Source: an uncultured Gammaproteobacteria bacterium (GTDB lineage Bacteria > Patescibacteriota > Microgenomatia > Daviesbacterales > UBA10151). Taken from it: DNA of 64,000 nt. The position numbers and the translations under genes were made by a program. The DNA is taken from NCBI GenBank assembly GCA_964396715.1, contig CAYNFQ010000003.1:565-64564 (forward strand), read 5' to 3'. Each line of letters starts with the position of its first letter. Position 1 is the first letter of the stretch. Below are positions 1-9,344 of the stretch, piece after piece. Under the pieces are notes generated by a model. That model saw only the letters and a list, made by a program, of their open reading frames with translations. It did not search any database and had not been told where the DNA came from.

Positions 1-493
1 TAAAAAGTGCGGACAACCGATGTTCTAAATTATCACGTTCCAATAAAAGATAAAATGTCATAACCAAAAGAAATATAATGGCAAGCAGGTTATCAAATAC
101 AGCCAAGGTGATGGCAAAAATATTTTTAGAAAGATTGGTCAGTTCTGACTGAAAAACAGATTTTTCAATATTGGCAGCATTCAAAATTTGCCCTGAAAGT
201 TGAGGCAGGGTTACCACAAGCCTGCTGCTTTCTTCAATCAGTGGCTGTAAAATCGCGGTAATTGCTCCGGCACTAATCCCTATAATAATAATATAGGTTA
301 GGGCAATGCTTAAGGCTTTAGGTATTTTTAATCCAACAAAAAAATTAACCAAAGGAGTTAAAGCGGACATTAAAATTATGGCCACAAATAAAATGACCAG
401 CAAATCGCGAATCAGGTAGGTTACCCAAAGAGCTAGTATAAATACTACAATAAAAATGACAGTTTTATGAGAAATATCAATCTTTTGTGACAT
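1..493 (-). CDS. AI-2E family (PerM-like) membrane transporter, partial. The start codon is at 493 and the C-terminus lies beyond the window start.
   Basis: Reverse-strand translation from ATG at 491-493 gives MSQKIDISHKTVIFIVVFILALWVTYLIRDLL..., multi-TM, resembling AI-2E/UPF0118 transporters. It is not in the ORF track because it runs off the window edge. Confidence 0.4.
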   Translation of the reverse strand, partial: MSQKIDISHKTVIFIVVFILALWVTYLIRDLLVILFVAIILMSALTPLVNFFVGLKIPKALSIALTYIIIIGISAGAITAILQPLIEESSRLVVTLPQLSGQILNAANIEKSVFQSELTNLSKNIFAITLAVFDNLLAIIFLLVMTFYLLLERDNLEHRLSALF

Positions 494-500
494 CTTATGA

Positions 501-1466
501 TTAATGATACCATCTAGTGACTAAATTTTCCAATTTTTTGGGATAGTTTTTACTGATAATATCAAACCAAACTACATTTTTCTCTTTGTTAAACCAGGTT
601 AACTGCCTCCTCACAAAACCATGAATTTTGTTTTGCACAATCTTTATTAATCCCCAATCTCCCTCAATCTCCCTAATTGCCCCTGAAAGATAATCAGCCA
701 AAACCCCATATTCCAATCCCAGCTGTTTCATTCTTGCGTAAGTTAATCCACTTTCGTGCAATCTTTTTGCCTCCTCAATCATACCTTGATTAATTCTGCT
801 TACTACTCTCTCATCCACTCTCTCGTAAAGTATATCCCTGGGTGCAGTTAAGCCAATCCTAAGTACGTCATTGCAAGAAACGAAGTGACGTGGCAATCTT
901 GATCTTGGATCAATGTGATCTAGTGAGAGTTCTATTGCCCTCACTAACCTTCTTGAGTTTTGTCTATCAGAATCATTCATTTTTTGCCATCTTTCAAAAG
1001 ATAGATTTTTTAGCTTTTCTTGTAACTGATCAACAGTTAATTTATTAAGTTGTTTTCTTAATTTTTTATCAACTGGAATTGCTAAATTAGGTAAACCCTC
1101 GAGTAAAGCTTTAAGATATAATCCAGTCCCTCCAACTACTATTGGCAACTTCCCTCTCTCCTTAATATCCCCAATTACCCTATCTGCATCTTTGACATAA
1201 TCATAAACTGTATATTGCTTATTTGGATCTGCCACATCATACATCCAGATTTTTACCCCATCTACCTCCCAGTAATTTTTGTGTTTTGAAAAATTTGAAA
1301 TTTGAAATTTGAAATTTGAAATTTTCCCTGTGCCAATATCCAAACCCGCATAAACCTGCCTTGAATCTACCGAAACAAGTTCACCCGCAAACTGCCTTGC
1401 CAGTTGAAGGGCCAAATCAGTCTTCCCAGTTGCAGTCGGACCTAAAATAACTAATACTTTATTCAT
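501..1466 (-). CDS. miaA: tRNA dimethylallyltransferase (MiaA)
   Basis: P-loop GPTATGKTDLALQLA and the VGGTGLYLKALLEGL motif typical of IPP transferases. It carries an in-frame insertion encoded by a heptamer array. Confidence 0.85.
   Translation of the reverse strand: MNKVLVILGPTATGKTDLALQLARQFAGELVSVDSRQVYAGLDIGTGKISNFKFQISNFSKHKNYWEVDGVKIWMYDVADPNKQYTVYDYVKDADRVIGDIKERGKLPIVVGGTGLYLKALLEGLPNLAIPVDKKLRKQLNKLTVDQLQEKLKNLSFERWQKMNDSDRQNSRRLVRAIELSLDHIDPRSRLPRHFVSCNDVLRIGLTAPRDILYERVDERVVSRINQGMIEEAKRLHESGLTYARMKQLGLEYGVLADYLSGAIREIEGDWGLIKIVQNKIHGFVRRQLTWFNKEKNVVWFDIISKNYPKKLENLVTRWYH
1285..1325. repeat. Heptamer tandem array (AATTTGA)x4-5 inside miaA, encoding ISNFKFQISNF
   Basis: Seen directly. 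Confidence 0.9.
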
Positions 1467-1492
1467 ACTGTTGTTTATAATAAAACTTATTC

Positions 1493-2683
1493 ATGAAAAA
1501 AGTTATTATATTGTTCTTTTACATTTTAGGGGTCTCCTTACTTTTTTACTATGATTTCTTTACACCTCCCCAACAAGAACAATTTGTTAAACTTGCTGCT
1601 TCTTTCTTACAGGGCAAACTTTATTTTCTATCACCCACTTTTGATGCTGCCATAAATAGCGGTCATTACTACTGGCCATTGGGTCCCTTTCCTGCCATTC
1701 TTCTTATGCCCTTTGTTTATATATTTGGCGATCATATGAGGCAGGGGTATTTATTATTTTTTTTAAATATCCTAAATGCTTTTTTACTTTTTAGAATTGC
1801 CAAAAAGTTAAGTGGTAATTTTGTAAATTCACTTATAGTAAGCTTTGCTGTTTCATTTTCTACTGCATATTTAGGAATAGCCTTAATACCATGGTCCTGG
1901 TATTATGCACAAACTGTTGGTTTTACATTAACCCTTTTAGCTCTAGAGGCTTATTTTTTTAACAGGTCATATCTTTTGATAGGCAGTTATATTGCCCTGG
2001 CTTTTTCAACCAGAGTATCCTTAATTTTTACAGCAGTATTTTTCATACTTAATTTATTCTATTCAGAATCATCTATGAAGCTGAAATTTAGAAAACTATC
2101 AATACTAATTATACCAATAATAATTTCTATTATGGTGTTAGGATTTTATAACTATGCAAGATTTGGAAATCCTTGGGAAACTGGTTATTCCAAACAGTCG
2201 CTGGATGGACCTGTTGGAGCCGGTAGAATTTTTGGGCTCTGGAACATTAAACATATCCCTACAAATCTTTACTCTATGTTTTTGAAAATGCCCGATCCCC
2301 TCTTTATCCCTAGAACAAATATAATGCAATTTCCATATTTAAAAGCGGACGGCTCAGGAATAAGTATTTTATTTACATCTCCTATCTTTTTTTGGATTTT
2401 ATTTAGTAACTGGAAAGACAAAAAAGTTAAATTCGCCGGCATTACAGCTTTGATTATGATGTTTGCTCTTTGGGGTAGTTTTAGCAATGGATCCTGGCAA
2501 TATGGTTATCGGTATGCTATCGATTCTTATCCTTTTGCTTCTATAATATTAATATATTCATTTAAAAAGGATGTTTCATATAAATTCCTGACCATAGCTA
2601 TAGTGGCATTTCTGATTAATCTATATTTCATCAACACTATTTTCTATCCATCAATAATGCCCATTTTAGATTATTTTAAATGA
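1493..2683 (+). CDS. Polytopic membrane protein, GT-C-fold glycosyltransferase-like
   Basis: About 11 predicted TM helices; first of three tandem large membrane proteins; resembles glycosyltransferase family 39/83-like integral membrane enzymes. Confidence 0.35.
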   Translation: MKKVIILFFYILGVSLLFYYDFFTPPQQEQFVKLAASFLQGKLYFLSPTFDAAINSGHYYWPLGPFPAILLMPFVYIFGDHMRQGYLLFFLNILNAFLLFRIAKKLSGNFVNSLIVSFAVSFSTAYLGIALIPWSWYYAQTVGFTLTLLALEAYFFNRSYLLIGSYIALAFSTRVSLIFTAVFFILNLFYSESSMKLKFRKLSILIIPIIISIMVLGFYNYARFGNPWETGYSKQSLDGPVGAGRIFGLWNIKHIPTNLYSMFLKMPDPLFIPRTNIMQFPYLKADGSGISILFTSPIFFWILFSNWKDKKVKFAGITALIMMFALWGSFSNGSWQYGYRYAIDSYPFASIILIYSFKKDVSYKFLTIAIVAFLINLYFINTIFYPSIMPILDYFK

Positions 2684-3921
2684 AAACTCTTAGAGATCGT
2701 TTGTTAATTTTATCTCTGGTTTTACTTGCGGTTAGATTAACAATATCACAACTGCCATCATTTGAGTTTGATGAAAGTGCTTATCGTTTTTGGACCCAGC
2801 GATTAGTAGAAAATGGCCTTTCTCGCTTTTATTCAAATGATGTTTTTACAAATAATCCGCTTGGGATTTTTTATTTCTTTTGGTTAATTGGTTGGGTTAA
2901 AGAAATCATCTTTCCTCAAATTAATTACCTATCTTCTAATTTTGACTTTTTCTTAAAAATTCCTGCAAACATAGCTGATATTCTTTCTGGAGTTATAATT
3001 TATTTATTAATCAGAAAACAGGTAACTCAGAAATGGGCATTATTAGGGATACTTGCATATGTTTTAAATCCTGCCATATTTTTCAACTCTTCTATCTGGG
3101 GGCAATATGATGGATTATCTACTTTATTTTTACTACTTGCTACATATGCCATTCTGATAAAAAAAATGCCTGAATTATCAACCTGTTTTATGGCAGTTGC
3201 TTGGATCATTAAACCCCAAGCAATTGCTTTCATACCAGTATTGGCTTTAACAATTTTTACACATTCAAAACCTTTCAGGTATTTAACTTCGGTTATTTCT
3301 TTTTTTATCATATCTATACTTCTATATTTTCCTTTCTTTCCCCAAAATCCTATATTTGGATTATTTTATGTCAATACAAATTCAGCCTCTCTTTTTAACT
3401 GCACAACCTGTTTTGCTTTCAACTTCTGGCAATTATTCGGAAACTGGAAAAACGATCTGGGAACTTTTTTAAATATTCCATTTATAGTATGGGGGATTAT
3501 TCTTTATGCAGCCAGCTTAATGATTATTCTGTTAAGAAAGCCTTTGTTTATAAAATTTCAACCTCCTGATTTCTACTTAACTTCAACCATTTCTATTTTA
3601 GCCTTTTTTACTTTCCTAACCCGTATGCACGAGCGTTATCTTTTTCCTGTTTTTGCTTTTTTACTTATAGCAGCTTTAATAAAAAATTCAGTAAAACTTA
3701 AGATTATCTATCTAATACTTTCTATAATTCACTTTGTTAATCTTTGGTACGTTTATTATTACTATAATTATGTCTATCCAGATCCTCAATTTTCATCTTT
3801 TATAATTTACAAATTCTTAAATGCAAATTATAATTTGTTTACTTTATTTAATTTAATAATTTTTGCGATTCTAATCTTGATCTATTTCAAATCTAGTTAT
3901 ACAAAGGAAAGTCGTGTATAG
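2680..3921 (+). CDS. Polytopic membrane glycosyltransferase-like protein (DUF2029/GT87-like)
   Basis: Many TM segments; FDESAYRFW motif near the N-terminus; overlaps its neighbours by 4 and 8 nt (operon). Confidence 0.35.
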   Translation: MKTLRDRLLILSLVLLAVRLTISQLPSFEFDESAYRFWTQRLVENGLSRFYSNDVFTNNPLGIFYFFWLIGWVKEIIFPQINYLSSNFDFFLKIPANIADILSGVIIYLLIRKQVTQKWALLGILAYVLNPAIFFNSSIWGQYDGLSTLFLLLATYAILIKKMPELSTCFMAVAWIIKPQAIAFIPVLALTIFTHSKPFRYLTSVISFFIISILLYFPFFPQNPIFGLFYVNTNSASLFNCTTCFAFNFWQLFGNWKNDLGTFLNIPFIVWGIILYAASLMIILLRKPLFIKFQPPDFYLTSTISILAFFTFLTRMHERYLFPVFAFLLIAALIKNSVKLKIIYLILSIIHFVNLWYVYYYYNYVYPDPQFSSFIIYKFLNANYNLFTLFNLIIFAILILIYFKSSYTKESRV

Positions 3922-5128
3922 AAAATTTCTTAAACCAAGAACTATTTTCATTGTTATTATTATTTTCGCTGCTTTCTTTAGACTTTACAGGCTTGATTAC
4001 CCTAATAAATATATCTTTGATGAGGTTTATCATGCATATACTGCCAAAGAGTATTTAAAAGGCAATAAAGAGGCCTGGAGTCCATGGGGAAAATCTACTG
4101 AAGAGGGAACTGCTTTTGAATGGCTGCATCCTCCTGTCTCCAAAGAGATCATGACAGCTTCTATGTTTATACTGAAAAATACGGATGCCTGGGCTTGGCG
4201 GTTACCCGGCGCACTGCTGGGCATTTTATCGGTAATTTTGGTTTATAAACTGGCGTCACTGCTTTTTAAAAATGCAGCAGCAGCGATTTTTTCGGCGCTA
4301 ATTTTTTCGATTGACGGGCTTAACTTTGTCCAATCCAGAATTGGCATGAATGATATATATCTTGTCACTTTCATTTTAGCAAGTGTTATTTTTTTCGTCC
4401 GAAAAAATTATCTGCTGTCAGCCATTTTTACGGGAATTGCCATATCTACTAAATGGCCCGGGGTTTTTCTGATGCTTATATATTTTCCAATCCTTATTGA
4501 TCAACGCCAATTCAAAAATCTTATTTTTTTTGTCTTAATTCTTCCGGCTATTTATCTTTTAAGCTATACTCCATACTTTTTAATTGGCTATACATGGAGT
4601 GATTTTATCCAGTTGCATAAACAAATATGGTGGTACCAGACTCATCTTAAGGCAACTCATGATTATGCTTCTCCCTGGTGGTCATGGCCGCTGAATTTAT
4701 ACCCTATCTGGTATTTTGTTGACTATATCGGGGAGTCTGTTGCCAATATTTTTGCCTCGGGAAATCCGGCAGTTTTTTTAATCGGCATCGGATCATTACT
4801 GCTAACACTTATTGAGGGCTTAAGAAAAAAATTAAAACATCTTTTACTAATAGTTGCACTATTTCTCGTTTTTTGGCTTCCCTGGGCCATATCCCCCAGG
4901 ATTATGTTTTTATACCACTTTTCCCCATCAGTTCCTTTTCTTTGCCTGGCAATCGGATACCAGCTTAATACCTTGATAAATAAAGGTAGGAGAAAAACAG
5001 CAATTTTGCTTTTGGCTCTTATGATTTTTTCATTCGCATTGCTGTTTCCTTTTTTAACAGGTATCCCTTTGTCCAAAAATTTAACCAACCTTTTCTTTTT
5101 TACAAATTTGGCAAAAAATCCTTTTTAA
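3914..5128 (+). CDS. Phospholipid-carrier-dependent glycosyltransferase (PMT/GT39-like)
   Basis: N-terminal FDEVYHAYTAKEYL...WLHPPVSK motif characteristic of bacterial PMT_2/ArnT-like GT39 enzymes; multi-TM. Confidence 0.5.
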   Translation: MYRKFLKPRTIFIVIIIFAAFFRLYRLDYPNKYIFDEVYHAYTAKEYLKGNKEAWSPWGKSTEEGTAFEWLHPPVSKEIMTASMFILKNTDAWAWRLPGALLGILSVILVYKLASLLFKNAAAAIFSALIFSIDGLNFVQSRIGMNDIYLVTFILASVIFFVRKNYLLSAIFTGIAISTKWPGVFLMLIYFPILIDQRQFKNLIFFVLILPAIYLLSYTPYFLIGYTWSDFIQLHKQIWWYQTHLKATHDYASPWWSWPLNLYPIWYFVDYIGESVANIFASGNPAVFLIGIGSLLLTLIEGLRKKLKHLLLIVALFLVFWLPWAISPRIMFLYHFSPSVPFLCLAIGYQLNTLINKGRRKTAILLLALMIFSFALLFPFLTGIPLSKNLTNLFFFTNLAKNPF

Positions 5129-5131
5129 CTG

Positions 5132-5449
5132 CTATTCACTTTTCCCGAAAATCCAGGGAGTTAACGATTTAATCTTCTTTGCTTTGGGGTATTTTTCCAC
5201 CATCCTGGCAACTCTTACAACTGTATCTGTACCCACTTTAATCCTCTCTGCAATTTTGCGGATAGATAATCCCTCTTCCAGAAGATTCATAATTTGATAC
5301 CGATTTTTTAACATCCGCCATTCAGAAGGAGTTAATAACTCTCTTAAAGTATCATTTGGTATTTGGATGTTTTTATCTTGCCTGCCGGCCTGCCTGACGG
5401 CAGTCAGGGCAGGCAGGTCTTTTTTAGGTTTACTCATGTATCCATACAA
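5132..5449 (-). CDS. TrpR-like YerC/YecD family DNA-binding protein
   Basis: EWRMLKNRYQIMNLLEEGLSIRKIAERIKVGTDTVVRVAR helix-turn-helix typical of the YerC/YecD family. The N-terminus contains a GC-rich palindrome. Confidence 0.5.
   Translation of the reverse strand: MYGYMSKPKKDLPALTAVRQAGRQDKNIQIPNDTLRELLTPSEWRMLKNRYQIMNLLEEGLSIRKIAERIKVGTDTVVRVARMVEKYPKAKKIKSLTPWIFGKSE
5380..5419. repeat. GC-rich near-palindrome gcctgccggcctgcctgacggcagtcagggcaggcagg embedded in the TrpR-like CDS (encodes LPALTAVRQAGRQ)
   Basis: Seen directly; it shares the ctgcctgccggc motif with 35745-35764. Confidence 0.7.
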
Positions 5450-5484
5450 TCATATAATAATACCAGTGTTATAATCAATGTCTA

Positions 5485-6435
5485 ATGAGTAATCTTAAGG
5501 CATTCCAAATTAAGGTGGGTAGTAAAGTATTGGATTACCGATTGGGTAAAGAATTAGATTTAGATAATATAAAATCCTTCTTCGACAAGCATTACTCTGT
5601 AAAGAAGCTCTGGTCAGGGGGAAGACATATCCTTGGCATATTAGGAAAAGAGGACAAAACATTATTCTTAAAACTTGCCACCACAGAAGGAATAAGTGCT
5701 GTCACAGAAAATGAGTATAGATGGAATGAACAGTTTAATAAATTAATATCAAGGAAAACATCAAATTTTTGGGTTCCTCAAAATAAAGATTGCGGATTAT
5801 ATCAGGACAAACTTTTCTATTTGATTACTGATAGATTTAATGGGGAATTGCTTGTTAAGGAACCGGCAAAAATGAAAATACCCGGGACAATTATTAAAAA
5901 TATCCTATCCATTATTGGGTTTTCAGAACTAATTCAGAAACTTAAAATTAATTTACCCAACCGGGAAGATCCAGATTACCAAAAAGTTTTCTTGAAAAAA
6001 ACTGAATCATGGTATGAAGATATTCCGGATGATATTAAAGTAAAATACAAAGTTGTAGACCTTCTAAAAATTGTTGCAGCACATGTAATCAATCTTCCAC
6101 AAAAACCGCGCCACGGTGATTTTACTCCCTGGCATCTTATTAAATTACAAGGCGGACAACTGGGGCTTATTGACGGAGAACACGCAAAGAAAAATGGGGT
6201 TGAGTATTATGATATTGGGTATTTTATCCAGAGAGTATTTAGTGTCCTTCAAAATCCAACCTTAGCTGAGAAGATATTATCTCAATTAGCAAAAAGAAAT
6301 TATAGTTTAGAAAAATTAGCAGTTATCTTATCTGCCAGAGCAATTGGTGGATACCTTGATGAATCATTAAAACCTACGCCAAATTATGTGTTTAGCAATA
6401 GATTTAAGGATTGGGTTATTAAATTAGTAACCTAA
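5485..6435 (+). CDS. Phosphotransferase-fold protein (APH / choline-kinase-like)
   Basis: HGDFTPWHL (Brenner-like catalytic motif) and LIDGEHA (DFG-equivalent) motifs. Confidence 0.4.
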   Translation: MSNLKAFQIKVGSKVLDYRLGKELDLDNIKSFFDKHYSVKKLWSGGRHILGILGKEDKTLFLKLATTEGISAVTENEYRWNEQFNKLISRKTSNFWVPQNKDCGLYQDKLFYLITDRFNGELLVKEPAKMKIPGTIIKNILSIIGFSELIQKLKINLPNREDPDYQKVFLKKTESWYEDIPDDIKVKYKVVDLLKIVAAHVINLPQKPRHGDFTPWHLIKLQGGQLGLIDGEHAKKNGVEYYDIGYFIQRVFSVLQNPTLAEKILSQLAKRNYSLEKLAVILSARAIGGYLDESLKPTPNYVFSNRFKDWVIKLVT

Positions 6436-6455
6436 TAGAGAACCTTAGTAAATCA

Positions 6456-6911
6456 CTATTGAAGTATCTGATCAATTGTTAATAACTCACCGAGCGAGTT
6501 AATTGTGTAATCCGGTTTTTCCAACTCACTCTCCGGCGTTTCATCAAGAAATTCCCCCTGAAGCACCCAAACCGTCCTAGCTCCGATTTTATTTCCTTCC
6601 AGAATCTCACTTTTTACCCGATCTCCAACAATTAAACATTCTTCTGCCTTTACATTTAGTCCTTTTAAAAGATGAGTAAATTCCTTTTTATTCTCAACTG
6701 GTACAGCTTCTAGAATTCGAAAATACTTCCTTAAATTTAAATCTCTAAACTCCTCTAATCTTGCTTCTAAATTAGAAGACCTGCTTATTAGTGCAAGTTT
6801 TAACCCTTTTTGTGCTAAAAAATTTAATACATCCATCACTTCAGGATAAAGTTTGCTACTGTAAGGGTTATAGATGGTGCCAGCGTAATCAAAGATGACA
6901 GCCTTGATCAT
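6456..6911 (-). CDS. HAD-superfamily hydrolase
   Basis: N-terminal VIFDYAGTIY (motif I-like); later VGDR motif. Confidence 0.4.
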   Translation of the reverse strand: MIKAVIFDYAGTIYNPYSSKLYPEVMDVLNFLAQKGLKLALISRSSNLEARLEEFRDLNLRKYFRILEAVPVENKKEFTHLLKGLNVKAEECLIVGDRVKSEILEGNKIGARTVWVLQGEFLDETPESELEKPDYTINSLGELLTIDQILQ

Positions 6912-7180
6912 TTAATAAGTCTTTTTAAAGTTTTCCCTGCTGTAAAGCCCGGGGTTTTTTTATTGGGGATTTGGATTGTTTCACCTGTTTGAGGATTTCT
7001 GCCGCGCCTTGCCGCCCTTGCTCTGATAAGAAAAGTTCCAAATCCGGTGATCACCACTTTTTCTCCGCGAACCAAACCGTCTCTGATTAAATTAAAAGTA
7101 GAATTAACCGCGTCTTGAGCGGCGCTTTTTGTTAAATTTGCTTTCTTGGCAACTTTTACAATTAACTCGTTCTTAGTCAT
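6908..7180 (-). CDS. hup: DNA-binding protein HU
   Basis: MTKNELIVKVAKKANLTKSAAQDAV...GFGTF...RNPQTGE... is the classic HU/IHF fold sequence. Confidence 0.8.
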   Translation of the reverse strand: MTKNELIVKVAKKANLTKSAAQDAVNSTFNLIRDGLVRGEKVVITGFGTFLIRARAARRGRNPQTGETIQIPNKKTPGFTAGKTLKRLIK

Positions 7181-7224
7181 GAGAGTAAATTACCAGAGGT
7201 TTATCCTTTTGTAAAGAGCCAAAA

Positions 7225-8574
7225 TCACTGTAAAGCAGTGGTGGTAGTTTCTGTTACTCTTATTTCTCTGATTGCTGTAATCCTAACAGATCCCGGCACC
7301 ATCACTTCCTTGGAGATCCTCTGGGCAATATCGTGTGTCAATTTTGGCAGCTCCTCATCTGAGATCTTCTCAGGCATCACTATCACCCTGACTTCTCTGC
7401 CTGCTTGCAGGGCAAAAGCTTTTTCTATCCCTTCAAAAGAGGTGGCAATTTTTTCAATATCGGAAAGCCTCTTGATATAATCTTCAACATTTTCGTGTCT
7501 GGCTCCTGGTCTCCCGCCAGAAATAGCATCTGCTATATAAACTAAAACAGACTCTATAGACGAGAAAGGCTTATCTTCATGATGCTCTGCAATACAATTA
7601 ACAACATTTTCTGGCATGCCGAATTTTTTGGCAACTTGAACACCTTTTTCAACATGGGTTCCTTCATCACCTTCTGTGACAACTTTTCCAATATCATGCA
7701 ACAAACAACCCAGGCGTACTACATTAGCATCCGCGCCTATTTCTTTAGCCAAAGCCACACCAATGCGCAACTCCTCCAGTGTATGTTGAATCAAGTTTTG
7801 ACCAAATGAAAATCTATATTTAAAACGGCCTAAAATTTTAACTAAATCAACAGGTAAGTTATATACTCCGCCATCTGCACAAAGTTTCTCTCCTGCTTGT
7901 AACATAATCTTTTCAAAATCCTCTTTTGTTTTTGTAACAATTTCCTCAATTCTTTGCGGTTGAATCCTGCCATCTGCAATCAGTCGCTCCAGTGCAGCTT
8001 TGGCAATCTCCCTTCTGACAGAATCAAAAGATGACAGTATCAAGGTATTGGGAATTTCATCATCCATAATTACATCAACACCGGTTGCCTGTTCAAATGT
8101 CCTGATATTTCTTCCTTCTTTGCCGATAATTCTGCCCTTAACTTCTTCATCAGGTAGATTAATCCTGGAGGTGGTAAATTCGGAAATCACATCGGTGAAA
8201 CCATGAAGCATGGCATCTGCCAAAATCTCTTTGGCTTTTTCATCAGCGGAAAGTTTTAGTTCCTCTTCTGCTGCTTTGATTTTTTTGGAAATCTCTGGAG
8301 CCAAATCTTTTTCAACCTGATCAAGTAAAATTTTCTTTGCATCCTCGGCTGGCATTTTTGAAGCTTTTTCTAATTTTTCTACCAGATCTTTTCGGATTTG
8401 ATCAAGTTGTTCTAACTTGTCGTCAATTAGTTTAGTTTTTTGGGCAATCTGCCTTTCTCTTTCTTCCAAAACACCTTCTCTTTTGGCAAGTTCCGCTTCG
8501 CGTTGAGAAAAATTTCCCATAGTTGGAGTGGGTGTTTGCATACCAAAATTTTTAGGACCAAATGTACGTTGCAT
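7225..8574 (-). CDS. rny: Ribonuclease Y
   Basis: N-terminal coiled coil, KH domain (RIIGKEGRNIR) and HD domain (LLHDIGK). Confidence 0.8.
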   Translation of the reverse strand: MQRTFGPKNFGMQTPTPTMGNFSQREAELAKREGVLEERERQIAQKTKLIDDKLEQLDQIRKDLVEKLEKASKMPAEDAKKILLDQVEKDLAPEISKKIKAAEEELKLSADEKAKEILADAMLHGFTDVISEFTTSRINLPDEEVKGRIIGKEGRNIRTFEQATGVDVIMDDEIPNTLILSSFDSVRREIAKAALERLIADGRIQPQRIEEIVTKTKEDFEKIMLQAGEKLCADGGVYNLPVDLVKILGRFKYRFSFGQNLIQHTLEELRIGVALAKEIGADANVVRLGCLLHDIGKVVTEGDEGTHVEKGVQVAKKFGMPENVVNCIAEHHEDKPFSSIESVLVYIADAISGGRPGARHENVEDYIKRLSDIEKIATSFEGIEKAFALQAGREVRVIVMPEKISDEELPKLTHDIAQRISKEVMVPGSVRITAIREIRVTETTTTALQ

Positions 8575-8690
8575 TTTATAGGAGAACCAGGAAATAACTC
8601 CAAGTTAAATAGAGTTGTGAGAGGTTAAAATTGTAAGAACAGATTTCTTCATATTTTGCTCACTCTTTATCTGATCCTCTGGAAAATATT

Positions 8691-9344
8691 TTACCTCTTT
8701 TTAATAAAATTTTCAACAACATTTTTGACAACTTCATATTCAAAGCCACGCCTTAACAAAAATTCATAAGACTTTTTTCTAAATTCTGCTTCTGATAAAT
8801 TCAGCCACAACCTCATCTTTTTCTCTAATAACTGATAAGCAGTATCCTCACTGTAACCTGTACCCTGTCCACTAATCACTTCATCAATAATTTCCCTGTC
8901 AATTCCTTTTTGGTAAAGTTCATTTTTAATAACCAGCGGGCCTTTCTTCTTTCTTCTTGACTCTACCCAGGCTTTGGCAAACTCCAAATCATTGATCATT
9001 CCTTTTCTTTTCAAAAGTTTTACGGCCGTTTCAATAATGAAAGAACTAATCTCTTGCTGATCTTTGAGCTTTTTCTTAAAAGATAAATTTCTAAAATAAT
9101 CACGGACCTCTTTTTCTGATCTTTGTCTTATGGAGAACAATCTATACATCCGCTCCATGAGCTTCCCAGTTTCCGTCTCTTTAATCAACTGTTCCACATC
9201 TTGTGTGCTAATTTCTTTCCCCACCACCAACCTTTTATCCACCACCAAATCCTCATCTGCCCCAAAAGCAAACTTGCCATCAAGATAGATGTTAAAACGA
9301 TGCGGATTTTTCTTTTGAGACTGGACTGCAGTAATCTTCGGCAT
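8691..9344 (-). CDS. recX: RecX-like regulatory protein
   Basis: Sits immediately downstream of recA, overlapping by 1 nt; helical-repeat protein of RecX size. Confidence 0.55.
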   Translation of the reverse strand: MPKITAVQSQKKNPHRFNIYLDGKFAFGADEDLVVDKRLVVGKEISTQDVEQLIKETETGKLMERMYRLFSIRQRSEKEVRDYFRNLSFKKKLKDQQEISSFIIETAVKLLKRKGMINDLEFAKAWVESRRKKKGPLVIKNELYQKGIDREIIDEVISGQGTGYSEDTAYQLLEKKMRLWLNLSEAEFRKKSYEFLLRRGFEYEVVKNVVENFIKKR

